DNA of 64,000 nt, taken from NCBI GenBank assembly GCA_951406725.2, contig OX597842.1, forward strand, positions 868,001 through 932,000. The letters are read 5' to 3'. Positions within the stretch are counted from its first letter, which is position 1; each line of letters starts with the position of its first letter. Positions 14,646 through 27,843 of this stretch are shown here, one piece after another. The notes under the pieces are model-generated. The model ran no database searches. It was not told the DNA's origin and saw only the letters and a list, made by a program, of their open reading frames with translations. Origin of the DNA: Octopus vulgaris (taxonomy: Eukaryota). A program made the translations under genes and the position numbers.

Positions 14646-14806
14646 CGCAGGAGTGGCTGTGTGGTAAGTAGCTTGCTAACCAATCACATGGTTCCGGGTT
14701 CAGTCCTACTGCGTGGCATCTTGGGCAAGTGTCTTCTGCTATAGCCCCGGGCCGACCAATGCCTTGTGAGTGGATTTGGTAGACGGAAACTGAAAGAAGC
14801 CCATCG

Positions 14807-14841
<35 letters not shown>

Positions 14842-15038
14842 ATGTGTTTGTGTATCTGTCTTTGTCCCCTAGCTAGCATTGCTGGTGTGGTTTACGTCCC
14901 TGTCATTTAGCGGTTCGGGAAAAGAGACCGATAGAATAAGTACTGGGCTTAAAAAGAATAAGTCCTGGGGTCGATTTGCTCGACTAAAGGCGGTGCTCCA
15001 GCATGGCCGCAGTCAAATGACTGAAACAAGTAAAAGAG

Positions 15039-15040
<2 letters not shown>
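14644..15040 (+). mobile_element. tRNA-derived SINE family A, full length (reference copy)
   Basis: GGCGCAGGAGTGGCTGTGTGGTAAG (A box)...GGTTCAGTCC (B box), CORE-like CTTGGGCAAGTG, internal (TA)(TG) microsatellite, tail TGACTGAAACAAGTAAAAGAG. Confidence 0.9.
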
Positions 15041-15080
<40 letters not shown>

Positions 15081-15199
15081 TAGATAGATACATACATACA
15101 TACATGCATATAAGTTGGATGACCACTAAGTGGACATCCATTATGCTAGAAGTAGACACCCTATGGTTTTACCACTAAGAAAGGATTGTTCTCAAGAAA

Positions 15200-15232
<33 letters not shown>

Positions 15233-15727
15233 CAAACAGACAGATATGTGCACACATACAAGTATATTTATATATTGATATCTATACACAAAACTGTCTC
15301 TCTCTCTCACACACATACAGATATGCACATGTATATAAATACACACACACATACACACATTTATAGGCATAAAATCATGTGTATTCGTATATATTTATGA
15401 ATATATATTTATGAATATGTGTATATAAAAATATACAAGCTTCTCCCTGTATCTGTATATAAGTATATATTCATACACATCTATGTGTGTCTATATACAT
15501 ATACACTTTATATATAAGCACAAATACATGTGTATATCTGTGTGTGTATATATATATATACATATATATACACACACACATATATATATATACATACATA
15601 TACATATGTATATATATATATACATATATATATACACACATATATATATATACATATATATACATACACATATATATATATACACATATATATATACATA
15701 CATACACATATATACATACACATATAT

Positions 15728-15766
<39 letters not shown>

Positions 15767-15899
15767 TATATACATACACACATATATATACACACATATA
15801 TATATACATAGATATATATATATATATGCACATATATATATATATATAAATATTTACACACATATATATGTATATATATATACACATATATATACACAC

Positions 15900-15930
<31 letters not shown>

Positions 15931-16259
15931 TATATACACAAAACTCTCACACAAGCAACACCCCACACACACATCTCTCACTAAATACACATCAATACAC
16001 GTGTAAATATGCGTTACAAAATTTTTTTCCATGAAAAATCACCCCAAACTGCATGTGTTAATGCATGCATGTGCACCAACGCACTCAGCCCTGTGCACAC
16101 TGCAATATGCAAACACACAAATTTATGACAAACTAACAAATGACATCGAAGAAATGAACATGCCTCCCCTCCCTCTCCCCATCTCTCTCTCTCTCTTTAT
16201 TTCTCTTAACACTTACTAACTCTTACTCTTGCTTTCTCTATATCTCTTGTAATTTACTC

Positions 16260-16940
16260 TCCATCCTTTGCACTCCTCTCTCTCTTTCTCATTGTCTTTC
16301 TCTCTCTCTCTCACTCTCCTTCTTTCTCTTTCTCTCACACTCTCTCTCTCCCTATCTTTCTCTCTCTCTCTCACTCTCCTTCTTTCTCTCTCCCTATCTT
16401 TCTCTCTCTCTCACACACTCTCTCTCCCTGTCTTTCTCTCTCTCTCACTCTCCTTCTTTATCTCTCTCTCACACTCTCTCTCTCCCTGTCTTTCTCTCTC
16501 TCTCACTCTCCTTCTTTCTCTCTCTCTCTCACTCTCTCTCCCTATCTCTCTCTCTCACTCTCTGTGTCTCTCGCTCTCTCTCACTGTCTGTCAGTTTGTC
16601 TGTCTGTCTCACTCACTCTCTCTCTCCCTCACTGTCTGTCTCTCTCTCACTATCTGTCTCTCTCTTTCTTTCACTCTTTCTCGCTCTCTCTTACTGTCTG
16701 TCTATCTCACTCTCTCTCTCTCTCTCACGCACTGTCTGTCTGTCTCTTATTCTCTCTTCCTCTCTGTCAGTCTCTCTTACTCACTCACCCACTTTCTCTC
16801 TCTCTCTTTACTTCACTCTTTCTCTCTCCCTCACTCTGTCTTTCTCTCTCACTCACTCGCTCTCTCTCTCTCTCTCTCACTCTCTGTTTCTCTCATTTAC
16901 TCACTCCCTCCCTCTCTCTCACTCTCCCTCACTCTATTTC
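16260..16940. repeat. CT-rich degenerate microsatellite (polypyrimidine tract)
   Basis: Direct inspection. Confidence 0.9.
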
Positions 16941-17528
16941 TTATTCATTCCGAATAAATGTCTCACAATTTCTCTTCCTTTCTTTTCTTACTTATTTCAG
17001 TCATTACACTGTGGCCATTCTGGAGCACTGCCTAGAAGAAATTTTTAAAGCCTGAAACTTATTCTATCAGTTTCTTTTACTGAACCACTAAGTCACGGGG
17101 TTAAACAAACCAACACCAGATTCAAGCAATGGCAAGGATTAACCACATACATATACATACACAGGTCTTCTCTCAGTTTCCATCTACCAAATCCACTGAC
17201 AAGGCTTTGGTCAGCCCAGTGCCATAGTAGAGGACCCTTGCCCAAAGTGCCACACAGTGCCATATCTTTCATATTTCTCTCTCCATCATTTTCACCCCCT
17301 TTTCTCTACATTATATATGTTATGTCTGCCGAGGTCAACTTAGCCTTTCATCCTTTTGGGGTTGATAAATTAAGTACCAGTTGCGGACTGAGGTAAATCT
17401 AATCGACTGCCCCTCACCGCGTCACAAAAATTTCAGGCCTTGTGCCTAGGGTAGAAAAGATTATATATCTTATGTGTCTGTGTGTGTATACATACATCTA
17501 TACATATAGACATTCTTTTATTCTTTTA

Positions 17529-18044
17529 CTAGCAGTATCGCCCGGCATTGCTAGGGTTTGTTTCAATCCTTTAGAATTGGAATTTTTGAATAGTAAAAAT
17601 TTTGCATTATGTAGCTTGTTATTCTCTTTAAGTGAACATTTTTCTGGTTGAAATACACCGAAAAATAGCAACACAGCAGTCAAAACATCGTAAAAAATAG
17701 GGATTTTCATAGAAAAAAAGCACCTTTTTGATGTAAATAATTTTTGGTGTTAAGATTGTCCGATTTGAATTTATTCTTCTACGGAAGGAAGAGCAAGCCT
17801 TCTTCTATCATACTCTCAATTTTGGTCAACTTGCACTGCAGGGTCTCAGAGGAGATAGTGTTAGTTGAAGGCTACCAAACCTGCCACACACAGACAACTT
17901 CTACGGAAGGAAGAGCAAGCCTTCTTCTATCATACTCTCAATTTTGGTCAACTTGCACTGCAGGGTCTCAGAGGAGATAGTGTTAGTTGAAGGCTACCAA
18001 ACCTGCCACACACAGACAACTTCAGCTTTATATATATAGAGAGA
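17529..18044 (-). mobile_element. Non-autonomous Helitron inserted in a SINE A tail; internal 122-bp tandem duplication (17776-18020)
   Basis: Minus strand begins TC(TCTCTATATATA) and ends CTAG with a GC-rich subterminal hairpin; A|T target with no TSD; termini shared with 47182-47555. Confidence 0.75.
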
Positions 18045-18404
18045 TTTGTTTCGGTCATTTGACTGTGGCCATGCTGGAGCATCACCTTTAGTCAAACAAA
18101 TCGACCACAGGACTTATTCTTTGTAAGCCTAATACTTTCTCTATAAGCCTCTAAATTATGGGGATGTAAACACACCAACATCGGTTGTCAAGTACTCACA
18201 CACATATACGACAGGCTTCTTTCAGTTTCCGTCTACCAAATCCACTCACAAGGCTTTAGTCAGCCCGAGCTATGGTTGAAGGCACTTGCTCAAGGTGCCA
18301 CAAAGTGGGACTGAACCCAGAACCATGTGGTTGGTAAGCAAGGTTTGAGATTCAGAGATTCTCTGCACAGAAGCCTCAAAAGCCTCAAATTTAGACTCCA
18401 ATGT

Positions 18405-18835
18405 GTATGGTGCTCAGGTACGCTAGAACTTGTTAAAGGTGAATGTACAGTACATAGAATTATGTACAAAAGTCAGGAAAGCGAACAGTGTATGAGTCAT
18501 GATATACAGGTGTGCATGCATATGGAGGTGGGGGGGGGGGATATCAGGTGTAGTGATGGCGAATTTCAGGAACCATGGAGGTTTTAAAGGATGCAATGTT
18601 TTGGCATCTAACTACTGATGTAGGTAGTTTGTTCCATGCTTCTGCAACTCTGTGTGAAAAAAATGTTTCTAAGGCATAGGAGTGTCTGTCTGGTAAGCAG
18701 CTTGCTCATGAACTACATGGTTCCGGGTTCAGTCCCATTGTGTGACACCTCGGGCAAGTGTCTTCTACTATAGCCTCAGGCCAACCAAAGCCTTGTGAGT
18801 GGAGTTGGTGAGATGGAAACTGAAAGAAGCCCATC

Positions 18836-18894
<59 letters not shown>

Positions 18895-18912
18895 TATATA
18901 TATACATACATA

Positions 18913-18954
<42 letters not shown>

Positions 18955-19292
18955 TGTGTGTGTGTGTATATGTATGTGTTTCTGTGTTTGTTCCCCCAAC
19001 ATTGCTTGTCAACCGATGCTGGTGTGTTTAACGTACCCGTAACTTAGCAGTTCGGCAAAATAGACCGATAGAGTAAGTACTAGGCTTACAAAGAATAAGT
19101 CATGGGAGCTGTGCTGTTTTCTAACTTTGTAGGCATGCCCACATGTGTTAGACACATGGGGCTCAAAAAGGTGCTCAAAGTGGTTGTTGGCATGATGGTT
19201 AATTATTTTCAGGGTGCTTACCAAGACAGTTGTCAGACGTCGGAGCTTCAATGCATCTATGCCCAGGGAGTAAGGCATTCCAAGTATGGTAG
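18405..19292 (-). mobile_element. CR1-clade LINE 3' fragment split by a SINE A insertion (18674-19100)
   Basis: Minus-strand SLGIDALKLRRL...CGHAYKVRKQHS matches the element at 26310; the sequence resumes after the SINE. Confidence 0.75.
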
Positions 19293-19470
19293 AGCAGATA
19301 TAGGGGCAAGTATGCGGATAAATAAATTGGACACATTAAATATATTAAATATATTAGTTTGGGTTTGAAATACAAAATACGTTGAGAGGACGTTTGTGGA
19401 AGTTTGTGCTCTCTGAGTGATCTTGTTGTTATTATTTTTATTATTATTATTATTATTATTATGATCATCA

Positions 19471-19840
19471 TTATTACCTCTGCCTTAGCGAAGGCAGAGG
19501 TATTGTTTTCAGTTGCACTTGTTTGTTTGTTTGTCCACAGACCAAATATCTCAAGAACCGCTGGATAGATTTGGATGAATCTTTCAGGGATGTTTGGCCT
19601 TGTAACTAGCACAAACTGATTAGATTTTGGGATTGATCTGGTACCGGACAAGGATTCTGGATTATTTTTCCAGTTTTTTACTTAATTTTTGAGAGCGGTT
19701 GGGTTCATTTTTAGCATTCTTGTTTGTGAGAGCAGTTGAGTTTATTTCAGATATTCTCATTATAAAAGTCAAATCCGGCTAATCGTTAAGAGGACGTTGG
19801 TGTTGCCTTGGCAGAGTTTTTTTGCCCGCTGAGTGTTCTT
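19471..19840 (+). mobile_element. Helentron/HINE-like (DINE-1-type) non-autonomous element
   Basis: 5' short inverted repeat TACCTCTGCCTT...AAGGCAGAGGTA, 3' GGCAGAG subterminal repeat plus hairpin-like end; same family as 59601-60357. Confidence 0.6.
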
Positions 19841-20055
19841 TTTATTCTTTTACTTCTTTCAGTCATTAGACTGTGGCCATGCTGGAGCACTGCCTTGAAG
19901 AATTATAGTTGAATGGATTGAACGCATTCTTTTTTTAAGCCTGGTACTTACTCTATCAGCTTCTTTTGCCAAACCACTAATGTACAAGGATATAAACACA
20001 CAAACACCGGTTTTTAAGCACTTGTGGGCAACAACCACACACACACACATATATA

Positions 20056-20638
20056 CTCTTTTACTTGTTTCAGTCATTTGACTGCGGCCATGCTGGAGCA
20101 CCGCCTTTAGTCAAGCAAATCGACCCCAGGACTTATTCTTTCTAAGCCTAGTACTTATTCTATCGCTCTCTTTTGCCGAACCGCTAAGTTACAGGGATGT
20201 AAACACACCAGCAACGGTTGTCAAGTGATGCTTGAGGGACAGACAAACACACACACACAAACATATACACAAAAAAACATATACACACACGTACATATAT
20301 ATATATATATAACGGGAAGGTTTACGAAAATAAACAAAAGACGAAGGCAGGTGGAGTACAAACAAACAATTGTATTAGTATGGCGCTCAGGAATATAAAT
20401 AAAACAAGTCTTTTACGTTTCGAGCCTACGCTCTTCGACAGAAAGATACACAGAAAAAAACAAGGAGAGAAACAAGGAGAGAAAAATAATGCGTGCAGGA
20501 GCTAACGAATCAACATCATCATCATCATCATCATCATCATTTAACGTCCGCTTTCCATGCTAGCATGGGTTGGACGGTTCAACTGGTGTCTGGGGAGCCC
20601 GAAGGCTGCACCAGGCCAGTCAGATCTGGCAGTGTTTC

Positions 20639-20702
<64 letters not shown>

Positions 20703-20870
20703 TACTCATATATACGATGGGCTTCTTTCAGTTTCTGTCTACCAAATCCACTCACAAGGCATTGGTCAGCCCGAGGCAATAGTAGAAGACACTTGCCCAA
20801 AGTGCCATGCAGTGGAATTGAACCCGGAACCATGTGGTTAGGAAGCAAACTTCTTACCACACACCCACAT
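20056..20870 (-). mobile_element. SINE A with a nested PLE-like fragment (20310-20511) and RTE 3' tail (20514-20640) inside its microsatellite
   Basis: SINE tail and head halves flank the two inserts. Confidence 0.75.
20409..20446 (-). ncRNA. Hammerhead-like motif (variant core)
   Basis: TCTTT-CTGTCGA-A-GAGC-GTAG-GCTC-GAAA-CG-TA-AAAGA: stems I and II perfect, palindromic ACGT stem III, but core A6 is T. Confidence 0.45.
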
Positions 20871-21217
20871 CCAATACACATACACACATCCTTATACATT
20901 CTGCTATAATTTTCTATCATTGTCTCTCTCTAATGTTTTCCTCCCACCACTCCCTCTTTCTCTATATATATCTCTACCTCCCTCTATTACTCTTTATTTT
21001 TACAATACATTTTCTATTACACTCTCCCTGCCCCTCTCTCTATATATATACATATATATATAAATAAATAAATAAAATATATGCATATATATACATACAT
21101 ATATGTACGTACCTACCTCTACATGTATATATACATGCATATATGGGTACAGGACATAAAAAAAACGTTGAACTCAATGAGAAACGAAAACATAAACACA
21201 AACCCAAGGAAATGGAC

Positions 21218-21247
<30 letters not shown>

Positions 21248-21248
<1 letters not shown>

Positions 21249-21475
21249 TTCTTTATTACCCACAAGGGGCTAAACACAGAGGAGACAAACAAGGACAGAC
21301 AAACGAATTAAGACAATAACATCGACTCCAGTGTGTAACTGGGACTTAATTCATCAACCCCAAAAAGATGAAAGGCAAAGTCGACCTTGGCAGAATTTGA
21401 ACTCAGAACATAACGGCAGACGAAATACGGCTACGCATCTCGCCCGGCGTGCTAACGGTTCTGCCAGCTCGCCAC
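21248..21475 (-). mobile_element. SINE family B, full length
   Basis: Head GGTGGCGAGCTGGCAGAACCGTTAGCAC...GAGTTCAAATTC plus family core and tail. Confidence 0.85.
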
Positions 21476-21905
21476 CTCTCTCTCTATATATATATATATA
21501 TATCTTTCCCTCTTCCCTTAACACTGTCATTTTCTCTCTCTCTTTCTCTGATTCCTTACTTTTACCATTTTTTTCCCTTTTACTATTCTCCATTGTTCAT
21601 TCCTCTCCAACAACTCACCACACATAAGCACACACAAACATATGCACATATGCACCAAGGCACACACGTACACACACACAAACACACACACACACAGGCA
21701 CATGTATCCATACACACACACATACCTGCACATACACACATAAACAAACAAACACATTTGTTTATAGCCTTAAATAGATTTCATTGCACATCTAGAAACC
21801 TCTACATATCTCCAAGACACACCATCACATCTCGAAATCTCAGGAGAGCATTCTTTAAATTATGGTAACGCCACATCATAACCGACCTGTTGTTTATTCG
21901 CATTA

Positions 21906-22070
21906 GGCGCAGGAGTGGCTGTGTGGTAAGTAGCTTGCTAACAAACCACATGGTTCTGGGTTCAGTCCCACTGCGTGGCATCTTGGGCAAGTATCTTCTG
22001 CTATAGCCCCGGGCCAACCAAAGCCTTGTGAGTGGATTTGGTAGACGGAAACTGAAAGAAGCCCATCATA

Positions 22071-22135
<65 letters not shown>

Positions 22136-23062
22136 CGGGGTGAGTACTTGATAATTATAAGCACCTGTGTATACCGTTTGGTGGTGTAGGTGGTGGAGTA
22201 AATTGATCAAAATAAAAACATGATGCCAAGGATTCAGCGGTACATATGTTTCGGGCCTTTATTAGACAGATTTATAACAATGCATAATGTATGTCTGTGG
22301 CCTTCTTCAGCCGCGCACAACAGCTTCCACAAGGACATGTGTTACATCAAAAATTCTTGGTTGGGGATGCAAATCCTCTCATTCGCGTATGATATAATGC
22401 GGCAACAGCATAGAATTGAAGCGTCCATCTCTTTCTTCTCTCAATGTAGAATGAGGAAATTTGGATGTTGAAGTAATGTAAATAAATAAATACATATATA
22501 GACGTGGAGATGGAGGGGCGAGAATTCAGGACGAGGGATAAAAAATGTATGTATAAAAAGTGTAAGTATAGAAAAATATAAAAATGTAGAGTATAAAGAT
22601 ATAAAGGGATATAAGGAGATGTAAAGGGGGTATAAAGAATATAAAGAAATATAAAGAAATATAAATGAATGTAAAGGCATAAGGTTATAAAGTAAAAATA
22701 GAAATAGAAATAAAAGTAAAAAGTAAAAATATAAAAATAGGAATAAACATGATAAAAATGTAAAAAAATATAAATATAAGGGATGTATAGAGGTTACGGA
22801 CCAAACATGGTGGTCAGGAGATTGATAAAATTTAGTTGTAGAAGTTTGTTTGTGTGTCTGTGTTTGTCCCCCTAGCGTTACTTGACAACCGATGCTGGTG
22901 TGTTTACGTCCCCGTCACTTAGCGGTTCGGCAAAGGAGACCGATAGAATAAGTACTGGGCTTACAAAGAATAAGTCCCGGGGTTGAGTTGCTCGACTAAA
23001 GGTGGTGCTCCAGCATGGCCGCAGTCAAATGACTGAAACAAGTAAAAGAGAGTAAAAAGAGT
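21906..23062 (+). mobile_element. SINE A with a ~700-bp PLE-like insert (22130-22842) in its (TA)n tract
   Basis: Head 21906-22068, tail 22845-23062; the insert carries a hammerhead motif. Confidence 0.75.
22237..22314 (-). ncRNA. Type-I minimal hammerhead ribozyme
   Basis: GCGG-CTGAAGA-AGGCC-ACAGA...TCTGT...GGCCC-GAAA-C-ATAT-GTA-CCGC: intact core, 4-bp stem I, extended stem II with an A.C mismatch at its base, palindromic AUAU loop III, GUA cleavage triplet. Confidence 0.7.
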
Positions 23063-23517
23063 ATTACGAGAAAGTGATGGCTTCTTATTTTTTTTCCAGC
23101 CACCTCAATCTTTTCCCACCTCTAAAGACCTTCCCTTCCACCTGCCAAAACATTCTGAAGTCGGCATTAACAAGAAGCATATTTCAAACAGCAATCGTAT
23201 GTCATTTTTACCATTTCAAACTCTGGAAAGAATTCCTTCCACTTCTGTAAGCCTGAAATTCTTTCTTTAAATATTGCTGATATGGAATATCGCCATGGAA
23301 AATTATTCTTACTTTATTTGGTTGGTTTACGTCCATTTTCATTATGTTAGCATGGGTCAGAGGAATACATATTACTCAGGTGTTGATTTTACAACTGGAT
23401 TCCTCCCTTCATGATAGAAACCTTTACATACTTTTTTTTAAATTTAAGGCATTGCATGATTTTGAAAGCACAGATCTACGGATGATTTCGTTGACAAGGT
23501 ATACCCATAAACATTCA

Positions 23518-24020
23518 TGTAGGAGTGGCTGTGTGGTAAGTAGCTTGCTTACCAACCACATGGTTCTGGGTTCAGTCCCACTGCGTGGCACATTGGGCAA
23601 GTGTCTTTTACTATAGCCTCGGGCCGACCAAAGCTTTGTGAGTGGATTTGATAGACGGAAACTGAAAGAAGCCCATCATATATATGTATGTATATATATA
23701 TATATATATCATTGCCAGCACCGCCCCGTTTCGTGTCCGTTGCCAGCCTCGCCTGGCCCTCGTGCCGGTGGCACATAAAAAGCACCATCCGTTCGTGGCC
23801 GTTTGCCAGCTCTGTCTGGCACCAGTGCGGGTGGCACGTAAAAAACACCCACTACACTCACGGAGTGGTTGGCGTTAGGAAGGGCATCCAGCCGTAGAAA
23901 CACTGCCAGATTTGACTGGGCCTGATGAAGCCTTCTGGCTTCACAGACCCCAGTAGAACCATCCAACCCATGCTAGCATGGAAAACGGACGCTAAATGAT
24001 GATGATGATGATGATGATGA

Positions 24021-24055
<35 letters not shown>

Positions 24056-24330
24056 TGTGTGTGTGTATAAATATATATGTGTATGTGTGTGTGTATATAT
24101 ATATGTATGTGTGTGTGTTGGTGTCTGTCTGTGTTTGTCCCTCCAACATCGCTTGACAACCAATGTTGGTGTGCTTATGTCCCCATAACTTAGCAGTTCA
24201 GCAAAAGTGACCGATAGAATAAGTACTAGGCTTACAAAGAATAAGTCCTGGGGTCAATTTGCTCGACTAAAGGCGGTGCTCCAGCATGGCAACAGTCAAA
24301 TGACTGAAACAAGTAAAAGAGTAAAAGAGT
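23518..24330 (+). mobile_element. SINE A with a nested RTE 3'-UTR fragment (23710-24023, (GAT)n tail)
   Basis: Insert matches 4600-4876 and 42650-42906 and sits in the SINE (TA)n tract. Confidence 0.8.
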
Positions 24331-24749
24331 ATCTAAAGCTAATACTTTTACCTTGTGAAGCAAAAAATGTATACACACACATATATAAAATTTTTATTAG
24401 ATTATACAGTATTATAGACACATTGCAGCTGATCTTGCCAGTTGGTTTCACACAGGATATTAAATAACCAGAAGATCATCTCAGAACCACACACGTCAGA
24501 GCGGTTGATTTGGTAAGAAGTGCTCTTCGTTCTGATTGGTCAAATAATTACCGACTTAATTAGTTGATTAGTTAATCATCAGTTGCATGACTTAGTGGTT
24601 GGGGTATTCAGTGCATAGTCATAAGGATGTGAGTTTGATTCCCAGGTACATGTTGTGTCCTTGAGCAAGACTGTTTACTCCATGTCACTCCAGTCCACTC
24701 ATCACCATCATCGTTTAATATCTGACTTCCATGTATGCATGGGTAGGAC

Positions 24750-25160
24750 AGGTAGAAGGAATTGGCCAGGTAGAAGAAGCTGGCCGGGTGGAAGGAGCTG
24801 GCCGGGTGGAAGGAGCCAGCTGGGTGGAAGGAGCCAGCCGGGTGGAAGGAGCCAGCCAGGTAGAAGGAGCCAGCCGGGTGGAAGGAGCCAGCTGGGTGGA
24901 ATAAGCCAGCCAGGTGGAAGGAGCCGGCCGGGTGGAAGGAGCCGGCCAGGTAGAAGGAGCTGGCCGGGTGGAAGGACCCATCCAGGTAGAAGGAGCCGGC
25001 CCAGTGGAAGGAGCCGGCCGGGTGTAAGGAGCCAGCCGGGTGGAAGGAGCCGGCCAGGTAGAAGGATCCAGCTGAGTATAAGGAGCCAGCCGGGTAGAAG
25101 TAGCCGGCAGGGCAGAAAGAACCAGCCAGGCAGAAGGAGCCAGCTGGGTAGAAGACTACC
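24750..25160. repeat. 18-bp GC-rich minisatellite (GGTGGAAGGAGCCAGCCG, ~23 copies) within a minus-strand RTE-tail-like fragment
   Basis: Tandem units; flanks CATCATCGTTTAA...CATGGGTAGGAC and TTTTTATGGCTGGAT...CCTAACATCAACCAC resemble the reverse complement of the RTE 3' UTR. Confidence 0.9.
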
Positions 25161-25289
25161 CCAGGCAACTGTGTCTGTTTTGGCAGGGTTTTTTATGGCT
25201 GGATAAACCACCCTAACATCAACCACCCGGCAAAATAGACTGAACACCTGAGCACTTTTTACACCAATTGTGAGCTATTAGATGATGTG

Positions 25290-25730
25290 TAGATTAGTTA
25301 GAGTTCAGGCCAGCCCATATCACTGAAGATTTGGGTATGAGACGCGTGCCTACCAAATTTGTGCCAAAACTGCTTTCAGTTGACCAAAAAGACTTTCGGG
25401 TTTCAGTTGCACAAGATCTCCTTGATTGTGTCGAGAAAAATGAAAACTTTCCAAAACCTTTATATAAGCTTCTGAGCAGCTATTATCAAACTTTTGACAA
25501 AATTTGATGAAGATTCTCTGCTCAACTTTCTCTGTCATGATCAATGCGATGATCACACGCTACACACCTTCCTTCTAAGTACTGCTGTGAACAGTGGAAG
25601 TGAGACAGAATGTTGAAACTTAGTGCATATGCACAGCAGAGTTCAAGGTCAATCTGTGCCAAGCGGTTTCACTCTGCATGCTTTAGGTTCATTACCATGG
25701 CAGCAGTCCAGATAATTATTGATCAGACCA
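25290..25730 (-). mobile_element. Mariner-family remnant with internal inversion
   Basis: Minus strand EQRIFIKFCQKF is joined to plus-strand DLGMRRVPTKFVPKLL; same structure as 42954-43500. Confidence 0.7.
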
Positions 25731-25753
25731 CACACACACACACACACACAGAA

Positions 25754-26305
25754 ACAGGGAGTTCAGGCTAAATTTGACGATTTTTATGCTTTCCTTTTTA
25801 AGGAATAGTTTGAAGTATTGAGGAACTATCAATGGTGCTGGAGAGCATGAAGATTAAGATCGTAGTTGAGAAAAAGCTAAGTGACATAACAGACTGGAAG
25901 CCATTGTAATATTGGAAAGGAGTTGGCTGTATCAAGGTGCTTCAAGCTGGGTACCAAAGTGCCGACATCATGACTGCTACTCAATACTCTCTGAACACTG
26001 TGAAATATATAAGACATGCTGTGGACACCATGAGAGCCAAGTTCTCCCAAACAGTGATGGGGGTCTTTGGGGGGTGGCTCCAGTGAGGCTGACATCATGT
26101 GGCCCTACAATTTTGAACACAGCTGTAAGATGTTGTCAAGCTGTGGCTGGAGAGGGTTGCTGCTGGAAGGCCACATGAGTAGCAGCAGGATTTGGCTCCT
26201 TGTGATACCCCCAGAAAGATTCAGGAATTCATGTTAGGGAACTTCTGCAACTTCATTAGCCCCAATTCCTGGCCTCCTAATTACTCCAGTTGTAAGGCTT
26301 TATAT
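25754..26305 (+). mobile_element. Degraded Tc1/mariner remnant (maT/DD37D-like)
   Basis: Scattered motifs QQDLAPC and FISPNSWPPN resemble QQDSAPxH...WPPNSPD; many stops and deletions. Confidence 0.45.
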
Positions 26306-27262
26306 AGCTATGGTGGGGCCTCACCTAGAATTTGCATCACCGGTCTGGAACCCCTATCTTGCCCAGGATATTAATCATCTGGAAAACGTTCAGCGACGTG
26401 CAACCAAGAGAATACCCTCCATCAGGCATTTGCCATATTCTGAACGCCTTACTTCCCTGGGCATGGATACATTGAAACTCCGACGTCTGGCAGCTGACTT
26501 GGCAGACACCCATAAAATTATCAACCATCTTACAAACAATAACTCTGAGCACCTTTTCAAACTCCACCTGTCTAACACCCGTGGACATGTTTACAAAGTC
26601 AGAAAACAGCACAGCCTCCATGACTTTAGGAAACATTTTTTCACGCTGAGAGTTGCTGAAGCATGGAACAAACTGCCGGCATCAGTTGTTAGTTGTCGGA
26701 GCACTGCATCCTTCAAAACTTCTATGCTTCCTGAGATTTGCCAACACTACACCTGATTTTCTCCCCTCCATACACAAGCTGAAGCATGGAACAAACTGCC
26801 GGCATCAGTTGTTAGTTGTCGGGGCACTGTATCCTTCAAAACTTCCATGCTTCCTGAGATTCGCCAACACTACACCTGATTTTCTCCCCTCCATACACAA
26901 GCTGAAGCATGGAACAAACTGCCGGCATCAGTTGTTAGTTGTCGGGGCACTGCATCCTTCAAAACTTCCATGCTTCCTGAGATTCGCCAACACTACACCT
27001 GATTTTCTCCCCTCCATACACAAGCTGAAGCATGGAACAAACTGCCGGCATCAGTTGTTAGTTGTCGGGGCACTGCATCCTTCAAAACTTCCATGCTTCC
27101 TGAGATTCGCCAACACTACACCTGATTTTCTCCCCTCCATACACACGCAAGCATGTATCTGACTCATTCACTGTTCACTCTCCAGACATTTGTACATTAC
27201 TGCATATGCTTTATATGCACTTTTAACAAGTTGTGGTGCACCTGAGCACTGTAAACATAATT

Positions 27263-27295
<33 letters not shown>
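26306..27295 (+). mobile_element. CR1-clade LINE 3' fragment with a 4x123-bp terminal tandem duplication and (ATT)n tail
   Basis: ORF 26310-26756 PHLEFASPVWNP...LENVQRRATK...YSERL...TRGH...FFTLRVAEAWNKLP; repeat units start at 26655, 26778, 26901 and 27024. Confidence 0.9.
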
Positions 27296-27297
<2 letters not shown>

Positions 27298-27843
27298 CCA
27301 TAATACTCAAAATGAATGACACTGCTTACATGATGATAACAATCATTTCATGCCTTTCATGCAATGACAAGGCAAAGAGACACAAACACATACATACACA
27401 CTAACACACACTTATACACACATATACACACACGTCAATACAAATACACACACAAACATACCGACACACACACAGACATATATGATGGGATTCTTTCAGT
27501 TTCCATCTACCAAAACCACTCACAAGACTTTGGTCAACCTGAGACTACAATAGAAGACACCCAAGGTGCCATGCAGTGGGATTGAACCTGAAACCATGTG
27601 GTTGGGAAGCAAGGCTCTTACCACCTAGCCATGCCTGTATGTGTATATAATAATCCTCTCTCTGCACCATGCCTTCCTGCAAATTCCACTCAAAACCAAA
27701 TAAGTCAACACGAGGGATGCCATGAACAAGACAAACAAGAACACACATGTTTGCCAAAGTTGGCATCACGTTTTAATAGGACCAAACTCGAAATCACGTG
27801 GCTGCAAATAAGAAAAAACAACCCCTAAAACCCCACAGCTTAC

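Noticed and set aside
14644-14720. tRNA genes at SINE heads (families A-D)
   Set aside because: A/B boxes present but no complete cloverleaf with acceptor stem; each continues into a SINE body.
23099-23196. Plus-strand exon-like segments (also ~21768-21863 and ~60918-60993)
   Set aside because: AG/GT boundaries exist, but peptides are unrecognisable and orientation conflicts with most candidates; they show the pseudo-exon noise level.
24608-25247. GSFHPA / GGRSQP repeat proteins
   Set aside because: 18-bp minisatellite inside a TE fragment, open in most frames by construction.
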